Shown: positions 44,533 through 53,716, numbered from the stretch's first letter. The stretch: 64,000 nucleotides of DNA from an uncultured Actinomycetes bacterium (GCA_963767005.1 CAVYCN010000002.1:256001-320000); one strand, 5' to 3'. The notes: generated by a model from the letters alone, not told the origin. Numbers and translations: made by a program.

Positions 44533-45531
44533 TCAGCCTGACGTCATCTGATAGCCCACCACCTTGCCGGGCTCGAGCGTGATGATGCAGCCCCGGATGA
44601 TGCCCTCGCCGTACTCGCTGCCGGGGTTGATGACGGTCGTGCGACCGAGGTTCACAAGGCCGCGCGACTCGTGGATGTGTCCCGTAAGGGCGAGCAGGGG
44701 CGCGTGCTTCTCGATGATCTTGCGCACCGCCGTGCTGCCGGCCGGCGCCGACTGCGGCACGCCGGCGATGACGATGGGCGAGGGCGGGTCGGTCGACCAG
44801 TCGAGCTTGGGGCAGTCGTCGAGCGTGCAGTCGTAGGGCGGCACGTGCATGTTGAAGATGGCGCTCGTGAAGTCGTCGATGCCGTCGACCGCCTGCTCGA
44901 GCAGCGTGTAGAGGGACTCCTCATCGGTCTCGCGCGGCGTCGCCCAGGGCGTCGGGTTGCTGTGGCCGCAGTTGGCCATGGGGTAGAAGTCGTCGAACAG
45001 CACGACCCGGCCCTCGCAGTTGACTACATGCTCGCTCTGCACCTCGTCGAAGACGGTGAGCACGTCGGGCGGGTCGTCGTTGCCGCCGGTCACGTACCAC
45101 TTGATCGGCGTGTCGGCGAGGCGCTCGTCGGCCAGCGCGATCCAGCGCTCGATGCGCTCGCGCGCCAGGCGATGGAACGTGCCGTCGACCTGTGACTGGT
45201 CCGCCTGCATGGCGTGGAGCTCGTCCTCGGCCATCGTCACGTGGTAGAAGCCGAGCGTCTCGATGCGCTCCTTGATGGCGGCCAGGGCGTCGTCGCCCTC
45301 GATGTGCTCGGTCGTGCCCTGGAGCGTCACGCGGTAGTGGCTGTCGTGCTCATGGACGATGGGCACGAGGAACTTGCCCATGATGTCGCCGCCCATGATG
45401 ATGTGGTCGACCTTGTAGAACTTGGCGCAGTTCACGAACTTGCGGAACGTGCGCTCCGAGCCGTGCACGTCGGTCGCATAGAACAGGCGCACGCGTTTGG
45501 CCCCGCCGTCCTTCTTCTTGAACAGTCCCAT
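44533..45531 (-). CDS. Calcineurin-like metallophosphoesterase, copy 2
   Basis: ATDVHG, GGD, GGNDD, HVPP, TGHIHE. Confidence 0.88.
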   Translation of the reverse strand: MGLFKKKDGGAKRVRLFYATDVHGSERTFRKFVNCAKFYKVDHIIMGGDIMGKFLVPIVHEHDSHYRVTLQGTTEHIEGDDALAAIKERIETLGFYHVTMAEDELHAMQADQSQVDGTFHRLARERIERWIALADERLADTPIKWYVTGGNDDPPDVLTVFDEVQSEHVVNCEGRVVLFDDFYPMANCGHSNPTPWATPRETDEESLYTLLEQAVDGIDDFTSAIFNMHVPPYDCTLDDCPKLDWSTDPPSPIVIAGVPQSAPAGSTAVRKIIEKHAPLLALTGHIHESRGLVNLGRTTVINPGSEYGEGIIRGCIITLEPGKVVGYQMTSG

Positions 45532-45547
45532 GGCGTGACCCGTCCTC

Positions 45548-46360
45548 TCAGTCGATCTCGTTGTACCACTTGACCTTGTCGCCGACCTTGGAGCGCAGGC
45601 GCCAGCGGGTGCCCTTGGGCTCGTCGTCCATCGCCTTGAGCAGCTCGCCGACGCGCTGCGCCACGACGGCGCGGTCTTCGTCGGACAGGTCGACGTGCGG
45701 CAGGTAGTCGCGTACCTTGCCGAGGTTCATCGAGCTCGTGCGCCACAGGCCCCACTCGCCGGCGCACAGGGTGGCGATCCGGGCCGCGTTTATGTGATCG
45801 GCGTCGTCGCGCGCGATCTCGTGCTCGCGCAGCAGCATGATGGTGTCGATGATGTCCTTCTCGTTGATCTTGACGATCTGCATCTTCTCCAGGACGAGCT
45901 CGGCCAGCGGGATGGTGGGGCTGTCGACGGCGAGCCGGTCCTTCCAGGGGATGGGGTGGCAGAAGTCGAGCCGGTCCATGAAGACGTCGACGTGGATGTG
46001 CTTGACCGGGTGGTTGAAGATCAGGCGCCCGGCCTCGGCGTGGAAGCTGTTGATCTCGACGTCCTCGTCGTAGCCGAGCGCGATGAAGAGGTCGCGGATC
46101 GGCTTTGACTGCTTGCCGTAGCCGGCGAAGTCGATGTCGGTGTACACGCGGTTGAGTTTGGCCTGGATCCAGCCGAACTGCGGGCAGTGATGGTGGAAGG
46201 CAAGGGCGCCGATCACGCGCAGCGCCACGCCGGCCTGCTGACCCGCCTGGACGACCCGCAGGGCCTCGTCCTCGAACACCCGCGCGAGGTCGGCGTCGGG
46301 CTGGCCGACGCCGACCTGCGCGCCGATCTCGCCGGCGGGGTGGGTGTCCTGATCGCTCAT
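45548..46360 (-). CDS. Uncharacterised nucleotidyltransferase-fold protein, copy 2
   Basis: RVIGALA ... RVYTDIDF, VDVFMD, KMQIVKINEKD, PK...W..R.K.G....WYNE; ATG 46360 after GGAGAG. Confidence 0.7.
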   Translation of the reverse strand: MSDQDTHPAGEIGAQVGVGQPDADLARVFEDEALRVVQAGQQAGVALRVIGALAFHHHCPQFGWIQAKLNRVYTDIDFAGYGKQSKPIRDLFIALGYDEDVEINSFHAEAGRLIFNHPVKHIHVDVFMDRLDFCHPIPWKDRLAVDSPTIPLAELVLEKMQIVKINEKDIIDTIMLLREHEIARDDADHINAARIATLCAGEWGLWRTSSMNLGKVRDYLPHVDLSDEDRAVVAQRVGELLKAMDDEPKGTRWRLRSKVGDKVKWYNEID

Positions 46361-46418
46361 GCGATGCTCTCCAGTCGTGTCGGGTTGCCGTGTGTGAGGG
46401 TGGGCTCGGCGGTCATCG

Positions 46419-47201
46419 CTAGACCACCTCGCAGCGCGGTCCGGCACGCTCGACGCGCTTGCAGACGTCGGCCGCGAGGCCGCCGTCGGTGACGACCACA
46501 TCGACCTGGTCGAGCGGGCAGATGACGACCGGGCCGACGCGCTCGAACTTGGTGTGGTCGGCGAGGACCACTACCTCGCCGCGCGTGCGGCGCACCATGG
46601 CGAGCTCGAGCCCGGCGGCGGCGATGCTCACGGTCGTGAGGCCGGCGCGCACGTCGATGCAGTCGGCGCCCAGGAAGGCCTTGTCGGCGTTGAAGTGCTG
46701 GATCATGTCGAGCGGCCAGGAGCCCTCGACCGACTCGAGCTGCGGCCGGTAGAGGCCGCCCAGAAAGACGAGCTCGACGCGCAGGCCGCGGGCCTCGGAG
46801 ACGGCCGCGAGGTTCGGCGTGACGACCCTGGCCTCGAGGCGCGGGTCGATGTGGCGCATGATCTGCGCGACCGTGCTGCCGGAGCCGAAGAAGACGGTGT
46901 CGCGCGGTTCGATCATGGCGGCCGCCGCGCGGGCGATGCCGTCCTTCTCGGCCGCCTGGGGATCGGGGCCGCCGTCGAAGCCGGCTTCGACGGCCGGCCG
47001 GCGGCGCACGGCGCCACCGTGGGTGCGGGCGAGCACGCCCTCCTGCTCGAGCAGCATGAGGTCGCGCCGGATGGTGATCTCGGAGACGCCGAGGTCTTCG
47101 GACAGGGTGGTGACGCGCACGGCCGGCCGACCCCGCAGCGCGGCCACGATGCGCGCCCGCCGTTCCGCGGGCAGCATCTCGCGTACGTCGGACGCGGACA
47201 C
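46419..47201 (-). CDS. DeoR/GlpR-family regulator 1
   Basis: HTH VSEITIRRDL...RTHGGA, EKDGIA, GSGST, ADHTKF. Confidence 0.93.
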   Translation of the reverse strand: MSASDVREMLPAERRARIVAALRGRPAVRVTTLSEDLGVSEITIRRDLMLLEQEGVLARTHGGAVRRRPAVEAGFDGGPDPQAAEKDGIARAAAAMIEPRDTVFFGSGSTVAQIMRHIDPRLEARVVTPNLAAVSEARGLRVELVFLGGLYRPQLESVEGSWPLDMIQHFNADKAFLGADCIDVRAGLTTVSIAAAGLELAMVRRTRGEVVVLADHTKFERVGPVVICPLDQVDVVVTDGGLAADVCKRVERAGPRCEVV

Positions 47202-47226
47202 CTGACCCCCTTCCCCTCGGCTTCAA

Positions 47227-47291
47227 CGATCATGATCGGACATGACCGTTCAAAGGTGATCAGATTCTAGGATCGGTTTCGGCGATGTCAA
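47227..47291 (-). promoter_or_regulatory. Promoter and palindromic operator for the deoR1 operon
   Basis: On the minus strand TTGACA (47291-47286), 16 nt, TAGAAT (47269-47264); downstream palindrome CGATCATGATCG (47227-47238). Confidence 0.7.
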
Positions 47292-47353
47292 GGGATCGTG
47301 TGCAACCCGCAGGGGAAGGTGCCAGTGGCGCAGCCGCGACGCCTGAGAGGCGC

Positions 47354-47917
47354 TTAGTGCCTGCGGCCTCCACGACGCTGCCGCGCTCGGGGGCGGCGGG
47401 TGGGTCGCGGGGAGGCGGGATGTTCACGATCCTCGGGTGCGCTCGGTGCGGCCGCGTGCGCCCTGGTCAGACGGGCGTCCCGGATCATGATGAAGGCGAA
47501 GGCGAGAGACGCAAAGACGAAGCGGGTGACCGACGGGCCTGCGCCCCTTCCCAAGGTCAGGAGCCCCGTGACCATGCCGGTCAGGCCGGTCGCCCACATT
47601 ACGAGTTGCACGTTGGCGGTTTGATGGCGAGGCACGATCCGGAGGTACGACGCGTTCAGAGCCATGACCAGCATGAGGAGCACGCTGATCGTGGTGAGAC
47701 CGAGCATCACGTACATCGGGCCCGCCTTGACCGAGGGGTCAGGCCTTTCGACGAAGCCGATGAGCGACGCCAGCATCATGAGGGCGACCACTCCGACCAC
47801 GCACACCAGCAAGAACAGGCTGCCTCGGCGGATCGAACGGCCCCCGCCGACGGGCCGCGGCGCCCAATTGGCGCCGCGGCCGTCGCGTGGCCCTTTGGCT
47901 GACCCCCTACGATTCAC
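47354..47917 (-). CDS. Hypothetical 4-TM membrane protein
   Basis: Four hydrophobic segments flanked by basic ends; start uncertain. Confidence 0.55.
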   Translation of the reverse strand: MNRRGSAKGPRDGRGANWAPRPVGGGRSIRRGSLFLLVCVVGVVALMMLASLIGFVERPDPSVKAGPMYVMLGLTTISVLLMLVMALNASYLRIVPRHQTANVQLVMWATGLTGMVTGLLTLGRGAGPSVTRFVFASLAFAFIMIRDARLTRAHAAAPSAPEDREHPASPRPTRRPRARQRRGGRRH

Positions 47918-47952
47918 CCGGGCCCCGTCGCGGCTCTCACTCGGCGAGTCGA

Positions 47953-48879
47953 TCAGCAGCCGCCGAGCCAGGTGGGGTAGTCGGGGTCGGCTACGCCGCG
48001 CTCGGCGCGACCTACGCGCTCCATGCCCCACTCCATGTAGTCGAAGTCGATCTGCGAGACAGTGTGTTGGATCATCGCCCAGACGGCCCACCAGATCGCC
48101 GAGACGATCTTGTAGAGCATCATGCGACCGAAGTAGCGCTCGTCGAAGCTGCCGCAGTAGGCGTCGATGACGAGGCGCTCTTCCTCGCGTGAGTAGGGAT
48201 GCTCCATTACGTGGTCGCCAAGGTCGAAGTACGGATCGGTCATGCCACCGTACTCCCAGTCGATGATCCACATCTTGCCGTCGGCGTCGATGATGAAGTT
48301 CTCGGACAGCAGGTCGTTGTGGCAGGCCACGTCGGGCACAGGTCGCGCGGCCGTGGCCTTCTCGATGTCGTCCATCACCTCGAGCATCTCCGCGAGGCGG
48401 TCTGGCATGGGGGCGTTGATGTCCTTTGCCACCTTGGTGTAACGGCGCAGCATGTCGAAGATCTCGATCTTATTGCCGAAAGTGGCCTGCTGATGGAAGA
48501 CCTTCACCGTCTCGACCGCCTGGCGGATGTTCTCGGGGTGCCCGGCCATGGTGTCGGGGTGCATGACCTCGCCGTCGACGAAGTCGATGGCCATCGCCTT
48601 CTCAGGCTCGATGACGTGGGCGACCGGCGGCGCCACGCCGACTCGGGCCGCCTCGATCATGCATTCGCGCTCGACGTCGCGGTCGATGAACATGTCGGTG
48701 CCGGCGCCGGGCACCCGCAGCACGTACTTGCCGCCGCCGGGATTGCCCCAGCCGCCGTTCACCCAGACGATGTAGTTGTGGTTGGTGATGCCGCCGCCGA
48801 GCTCCTCCCAGCGCACGTCCTTGCCTCTCCAGTCGGCGATGCGCGCGATGGCCTCGTCCGGCGTCAGCCCGTGTCCCAT
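47953..48879 (-). CDS. Choline/ethanolamine kinase-family phosphotransferase, copy 2
   Basis: GGGITNHN, CHNDLLSENF, IDWEYGG; paralog of 41733-42659. Confidence 0.88.
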   Translation of the reverse strand: MGHGLTPDEAIARIADWRGKDVRWEELGGGITNHNYIVWVNGGWGNPGGGKYVLRVPGAGTDMFIDRDVERECMIEAARVGVAPPVAHVIEPEKAMAIDFVDGEVMHPDTMAGHPENIRQAVETVKVFHQQATFGNKIEIFDMLRRYTKVAKDINAPMPDRLAEMLEVMDDIEKATAARPVPDVACHNDLLSENFIIDADGKMWIIDWEYGGMTDPYFDLGDHVMEHPYSREEERLVIDAYCGSFDERYFGRMMLYKIVSAIWWAVWAMIQHTVSQIDFDYMEWGMERVGRAERGVADPDYPTWLGGC

Positions 48880-48989
48880 GGTCTCTCCCTTGTGCTCGAA
48901 CGGTCACGCATGAGATACGGGCGGGGTGCGGCTCGTTCGAGCCCCACCCCGCCCGTACCGTGGTTACGATGACATCGAGTGCGCGACGG

Positions 48990-50636
48990 CTAGTCCTGCA
49001 GCTCCAGTTCGCGCTCGATGGCCGCGAGCTCCTCGGCCGAGCCCTGGACCTTCGGGCCCTTGAACCACTTCCGGGCCGAGACTGCCCAGTAGATGCCGGC
49101 GAAGCCGATGACCGCGCCCACCGCGATGGGCGTGTAGTTGAACGTCTTGGCCGTGACCGGCGCATAGGTCGGCAGCAGGAAGATGATGCAGATGAACACC
49201 ACCCACACGATGGAGATCCAGCCGATGATCGCACCGAAGGTCTTGCCCAGGACCCAGGGCCCGGGTTTGAAGGCCTTGCCGTTGATGCGGCGCAGGAACA
49301 CCGGCGTGAGGTAGGCGATGTAGAGCCCGATGACGGCGATCGACGTGACGGCGCCGTAGGCGACCGTGTTCCAGAGGTAGGGCAGCGCCAGCAAGAAGGC
49401 GCCGACGGCGCCGAACCAAGCGGTGCGCACCGGTACGCGGCGCCTCGGGTTGACGTGGTGCCAGAAGTTCGAGCCGGGGACCGCGCCGTCACGTGAGAAG
49501 GCGTAGATCATGCGCGAGTTCGCGGTGACCGACGACATGCCGCAGTAGAACTGGGCGCCGATCACGACCAGGATAAGCAGCTCGGCGACGATGCGACCGG
49601 CACTGTACTCGAAGATCGTGGCCCATGGCACGACGGCAAGGGCCACATCCGAGTAGCTCTTGTAGACGGTGCCCTCGATAGTGATCGGGAAGTGAGTGGG
49701 AATGGCGATGCTCACCGCGAACAGCAGGATGAAGCCCGCGATCAGAGAGACCCAGATCGAGTCGACGATCCCCCTGGGGCCAGCGATGTCGGCGCGCACC
49801 GTCTCTTCGGTCACGTGGGCCGAGGCGTCGTAGCCGGTGAACGTGTACTGCGCGTTCAGCAGGCCGACCAGAACGATATAGAAGGGGATCGAGAAGCCTG
49901 AAAGGCCGGTGAAGGCGTGCCAGCCCGAACTGCCGAAGAGGAAGCCCACAGTCTGGTGCGTGTGCGACTTCGGGGCCACCAACAGAATCACGAGGATCAC
50001 CGCGACACCCAGGATGTGCCACCACACCGAGACGTCGTTCAGGAGCGCCACCAGGCGGATGCTGAACGTGTTGAGCAGACCCTGCGCAAAGAGGATGACG
50101 GCAAGAATGGCGATCGTGTGGCCGGGCGAGAGCCAGTAGCTCTGGTTGGTGTAGAGGGCGAGGAACGCCGACACGGAGAAGGCGCAGCCGAAGCTGATGC
50201 CCGCCGTGACGGCGACCTGGCCGAGCAGGTTGAACCAGCCGGTGAACCACGACCAGACCGGGGCGCTGTTGCCGGGCGCGAGCTTGGCCGCCCAGTAGTA
50301 CAGGCCGCCCGCCGTAGGGAACGACGAACAGATCTCGGCCATGGACATGCCGACGAAGATCACGATCACGCCGACGCCGAGCCAGCCCCAGAGCATGACG
50401 GGCGGGCCGCCGTGCTGCAGGCCGAAGTAATAGAGGGTGAGGCAGCCCGAGAGGATCGAGATGATGGTGAACGAGATGGCGAAGTTCGAGAAACGGCTCA
50501 TCCGCCGGTCGAGCTCCTGGGCGTAGCCCATCTGGTGGAGCCGCTCCTCGTCGGTCATCTCGCGAGGCGGCCCGGCGGACGTCAGGCCGGTCCCTCCCTG
50601 AGCGTCGGCCGAAGGAGTGTGGACGTCGTCAGCCAT
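48990..50636 (-). CDS. APC-superfamily amino acid/choline/GABA-type permease
   Basis: GYAQEL..R..SNFAISF, EICSSFPTAGGLY, GYDASAH..EET, SRMIYAFSRDG; a different subfamily from the two cassette permeases. Confidence 0.9.
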   Translation of the reverse strand: MADDVHTPSADAQGGTGLTSAGPPREMTDEERLHQMGYAQELDRRMSRFSNFAISFTIISILSGCLTLYYFGLQHGGPPVMLWGWLGVGVIVIFVGMSMAEICSSFPTAGGLYYWAAKLAPGNSAPVWSWFTGWFNLLGQVAVTAGISFGCAFSVSAFLALYTNQSYWLSPGHTIAILAVILFAQGLLNTFSIRLVALLNDVSVWWHILGVAVILVILLVAPKSHTHQTVGFLFGSSGWHAFTGLSGFSIPFYIVLVGLLNAQYTFTGYDASAHVTEETVRADIAGPRGIVDSIWVSLIAGFILLFAVSIAIPTHFPITIEGTVYKSYSDVALAVVPWATIFEYSAGRIVAELLILVVIGAQFYCGMSSVTANSRMIYAFSRDGAVPGSNFWHHVNPRRRVPVRTAWFGAVGAFLLALPYLWNTVAYGAVTSIAVIGLYIAYLTPVFLRRINGKAFKPGPWVLGKTFGAIIGWISIVWVVFICIIFLLPTYAPVTAKTFNYTPIAVGAVIGFAGIYWAVSARKWFKGPKVQGSAEELAAIERELELQD

Positions 50637-50891
50637 GGCTGCCCCCGTAGTCCAGTGTGGCAAACAGTGTCGCCGTCTATCTAGACCGCTCACCGGTCTT
50701 CCTGTCAACCACTTTTCATGACGCACTATTTATGCACCGGCACGCACAGAAGCCTTGAGAATTGCCGTTTAAGGAAATCGCGACCCCCGAAACTGCCCCC
50801 GGAGTCGTATGCCGACCGGCGCCGCGTCGCCGTCGGGCGGACCCGCGTCGACCGTGCCGCGCAACGGCGCGGCGGCCGCTCCGCTCACGCA

Positions 50892-52145
50892 TCAGACCGG
50901 CTCGACCATGATCGCGCGGAAGTCGTTGACGTTGGTGCGTGTCGGGCCGGTGACGAGCAGGTCGCCGAGGCTCGCGAAGAGCGTGCCGGTGTCGTTGTCG
51001 CGCAGTGCCGCGCCCACGTCGAGACCTGCCGCGGCGGCCCGCGCGAGCGTGTCGGGGCCGACGAAGGCGCCGGCGTGGCCGCCCCGGCCGTCGATGCCGT
51101 CGGTGTCGGCGGCGAGGGCGCTCACGCCGGCGCGCCCCTCGAGGCCGAGGGCGAGCCCCGCGAGGTACTCGGTGTTGCGTCCGCCGGTCCCCCGTGCGTG
51201 CACCGTCACCGTGGTCTCGCCGCCCGACAGCAGCACGGCGGGCTCGCCGGGTGGGCTCCAGTCGAGCAGGTCGATGGCGTGCTGAGCGTGGCGCAGGCCG
51301 ACCTCGCGGGCCTCGCCCTCGATGCTGTCGCCCAGCAGGACCGGCCGCAGGCCGCAGCCGCGGGCGGCCTCGGCGGCGGCCGCGAGCGCGACCGCCGCCG
51401 AGGCCACGATCACGTGCGACGCGCGGGCGAGGCGCCCGTCGCCCGGCTTGGGCGTCTCGCCGGGCGCGCCGGGGCCGTCGGCGGCCCCGGCGCGCAGGTG
51501 CGCGACCACGCGTGCCGGGGCCGCCACGTGGTATCGCTCGAGCACGTCGAGCGCCTCGGCGTAGGTCGACGGGTCGGCCACGGTCGGGCCCGAGCCGATC
51601 GCCGCGGGGTCGTCGCCCGGGATGTCGGACACAAGCAGGGTGACGACCCGCGCGGGCCAGGCGGCCGCCGCCAGGCGGCCGCCCTTGACCGCCGACACGT
51701 GCTTGCGCACGCGGTTGATCTCGACGATCGGCGCGCCGCTGCGCAGCAGCGCGGCGCCGAGCGCACGTTCGTCGGCCGGGCTGATGCCCTCGGCGGGTAG
51801 CGCCAGCAGCGACGAGGCGCCGCCCGAGACGAGGGCGAGGACGAGGTCGTCGGTCGTGAGGCCGCCGACGAGCGCCAGCAGGCGCCGCGCCGCTTCGGCG
51901 CCGGCCTCGTCGGGAACCGGGTGTGCCGCTTCGAGACAGGTAAGGCGCTCGCAGGGCACAGCGTGGCCGTACGGGGTGACCACGAGGCCCTCGAGCGGCG
52001 CCGGCCAGCGCCGCTCGAGGGCGCGCGCCATGGCGCCGGCCGCCTTGCCGGCGCCGACCACCACGGTGCGACCGGCGGGCGGCCGCGGCAGGGCGGGCGG
52101 CACGACGCGGTCGGCGGCGACCGCGTCGACGGCCGCGTCGAACAA
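50892..52145 (-). CDS. Glycerate 2-kinase (TtuD/GckA, MOFRL); true start probably upstream
   Basis: GAGKA, HPVPD, SGGASS, KGGRL, GGETTV, GGRN, TDGIDG, TNVND. Confidence 0.92.
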   Translation of the reverse strand: MFDAAVDAVAADRVVPPALPRPPAGRTVVVGAGKAAGAMARALERRWPAPLEGLVVTPYGHAVPCERLTCLEAAHPVPDEAGAEAARRLLALVGGLTTDDLVLALVSGGASSLLALPAEGISPADERALGAALLRSGAPIVEINRVRKHVSAVKGGRLAAAAWPARVVTLLVSDIPGDDPAAIGSGPTVADPSTYAEALDVLERYHVAAPARVVAHLRAGAADGPGAPGETPKPGDGRLARASHVIVASAAVALAAAAEAARGCGLRPVLLGDSIEGEAREVGLRHAQHAIDLLDWSPPGEPAVLLSGGETTVTVHARGTGGRNTEYLAGLALGLEGRAGVSALAADTDGIDGRGGHAGAFVGPDTLARAAAAGLDVGAALRDNDTGTLFASLGDLLVTGPTRTNVNDFRAIMVEPV

Positions 52146-52197
52146 CGTCCGTAGGCGGGCGCGCGGCGCGGTCTCGACCAGGCGCGGAGGACCGGCG

Positions 52198-53397
52198 TCA
52201 GCCGTGGGCGCTCACCGCCCCGGGCGCCGCGCCGGCAAAGGCGAGCCCGAGCTCGCCCGCGTTCACGACGCTGGGGGCGGCGCGGGGCAGGTCATAGCCC
52301 AGGAACGGCGCGACGTCGCCGCGCCACACCGGCCAGCCCGACAGCACACCGACGACATTCGCGGCGGCGAGCGTGGCCATGCCGCGTCTCGTCCAGCCGG
52401 TCGCCGAGCCTATATGAGGGACGGCGACGACGTTGTCGAGGGCGAGCAGGCCGGGGGCGATGCGCGGCTCGTCTTCAAAGACATCGAGGGCGGCAGTGAA
52501 GCCGGGATGGCTGCGGCAATGCTCGACGAGTGCGGCCTCGTCTATGAGCGGGCCGCGGGCCGTGTTCACCAGGATGGCGTCGTCCTTCATGGCGGCGAGA
52601 GCGGCGCGGTCGATCAGGTGGCGCGTGTCGGCCGTGAGCGAGAGATGCAGGCTGACCACGTCGGCGGCGCGCAGGAGCTCGTCGAGCGACGCCGCTCGGC
52701 GGCAGGTGACGGGCCTCTCACCGCGACCCGCGAGGAAGGCGCCGTAGGCGGCCACGGTCGACTCGAGCTCCGGGTCCGGCCGGGGATCGAGGTAGACGAC
52801 GTCCATCCTGTGCCCTTCGACCATCATGCGCGTGTAGGTGCGACCGATCCGCCCGGCGCCGATCACGCCGAGCGTCGTGCTCCAGAGCCGCTTGCCGAGC
52901 AGCAGCGACGGCAGCCACCCGGTGAAACGGTCCTCGCGCAGATACCGCTCGGCCTCGACGACGCGGCGCGCGGCGGCGAAGGTGAGCGCGACGGCGAGCT
53001 CGGCCGTGGTCTCGGTGAGGACGCCGGGCGTGTTGCCGATCGCGATGCCCAGGCGCGTCGCGGTCGCGAGGTCGACGTTGTCGTAGCCCACCGCGTAGAG
53101 GCTGAGGATGCGTCCGCCGGCGCGGCCGAGCGCCTCGACCAGCCCCGCGTCCCAGCGCTCGGTGAGCTGGGCGACGACCGCGTCGCAACGTCCTCCCACC
53201 AGCCGCGCGAGGTCATCGCCGTCGAGTGGCAGGTCGCTGCTGCAGACGTCCACGCGGTAGCCCGCGCCAGTCAGGAGCTCGAGCCAGCGGTCGCCCGGCA
53301 GCACTCGGGTCGTCACGACCCGGCGCGACCCCGCGGGGTTGTGGGTGACGCACGTGACGTCGCTCAAACCGCGGCTCTCCTGTCTCGGCCGGGCCAT
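52198..53397 (-). CDS. D-glycerate dehydrogenase / hydroxypyruvate reductase
   Basis: AVGYDN, NTPGVLTETTAE, GAGRIG, NTARG, LDVFEDEP, PHIGSAT; start uncertain. Confidence 0.9.
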   Translation of the reverse strand: MARPRQESRGLSDVTCVTHNPAGSRRVVTTRVLPGDRWLELLTGAGYRVDVCSSDLPLDGDDLARLVGGRCDAVVAQLTERWDAGLVEALGRAGGRILSLYAVGYDNVDLATATRLGIAIGNTPGVLTETTAELAVALTFAAARRVVEAERYLREDRFTGWLPSLLLGKRLWSTTLGVIGAGRIGRTYTRMMVEGHRMDVVYLDPRPDPELESTVAAYGAFLAGRGERPVTCRRAASLDELLRAADVVSLHLSLTADTRHLIDRAALAAMKDDAILVNTARGPLIDEAALVEHCRSHPGFTAALDVFEDEPRIAPGLLALDNVVAVPHIGSATGWTRRGMATLAAANVVGVLSGWPVWRGDVAPFLGYDLPRAAPSVVNAGELGLAFAGAAPGAVSAHG

Positions 53398-53618
53398 CTC
53401 GCCGGGGCCGGCTCAAATCACTTCTGCACGCGATCGCGCGCAAGGCGTGGTTTGCCCGCTCGCGCCGGGCCCCACACGCGTGGCGTCGGCGGCGGCCGGC
53501 GCCTGCAGCGCCGCCTGCCCGGTCGACCCCTCGAAACGGTCGCGATCAGGGCTGGTCGGGGTCGATACTAGGGCATGTGGAGCCGGAAGAGAATCGGCGT
53601 TCTCTCAGAAATGCACAC

Positions 53619-53660
53619 TTGACACCCGCACACCGGTGCTATGATGTGTGCGACTGTGTG
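53619..53660 (+). promoter_or_regulatory. Promoter/operator upstream of deoR2
   Basis: TTGACA 53619; extended -10 TGC-TATGAT 53637-53645 (spacer only 15 nt); then gtgcgactgtgtg, the reverse complement of 36242-36254. Confidence 0.6.
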
Positions 53661-53716
53661 CGGAAACGGCGAAGGGCCACCGCTGCCGAACGTCGCCGCC
53701 GAGACGGGGGGAGCCG

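Noticed and set aside
36604-46360. NTase genes as toxin-antitoxin or CBASS-type defence, or the island as a mobile element
   Set aside because: No HEPN/AbiEi partner, effector, integrase, transposase or att-tRNA; the context is transport and metabolism, and codon style is similar to the core genes.
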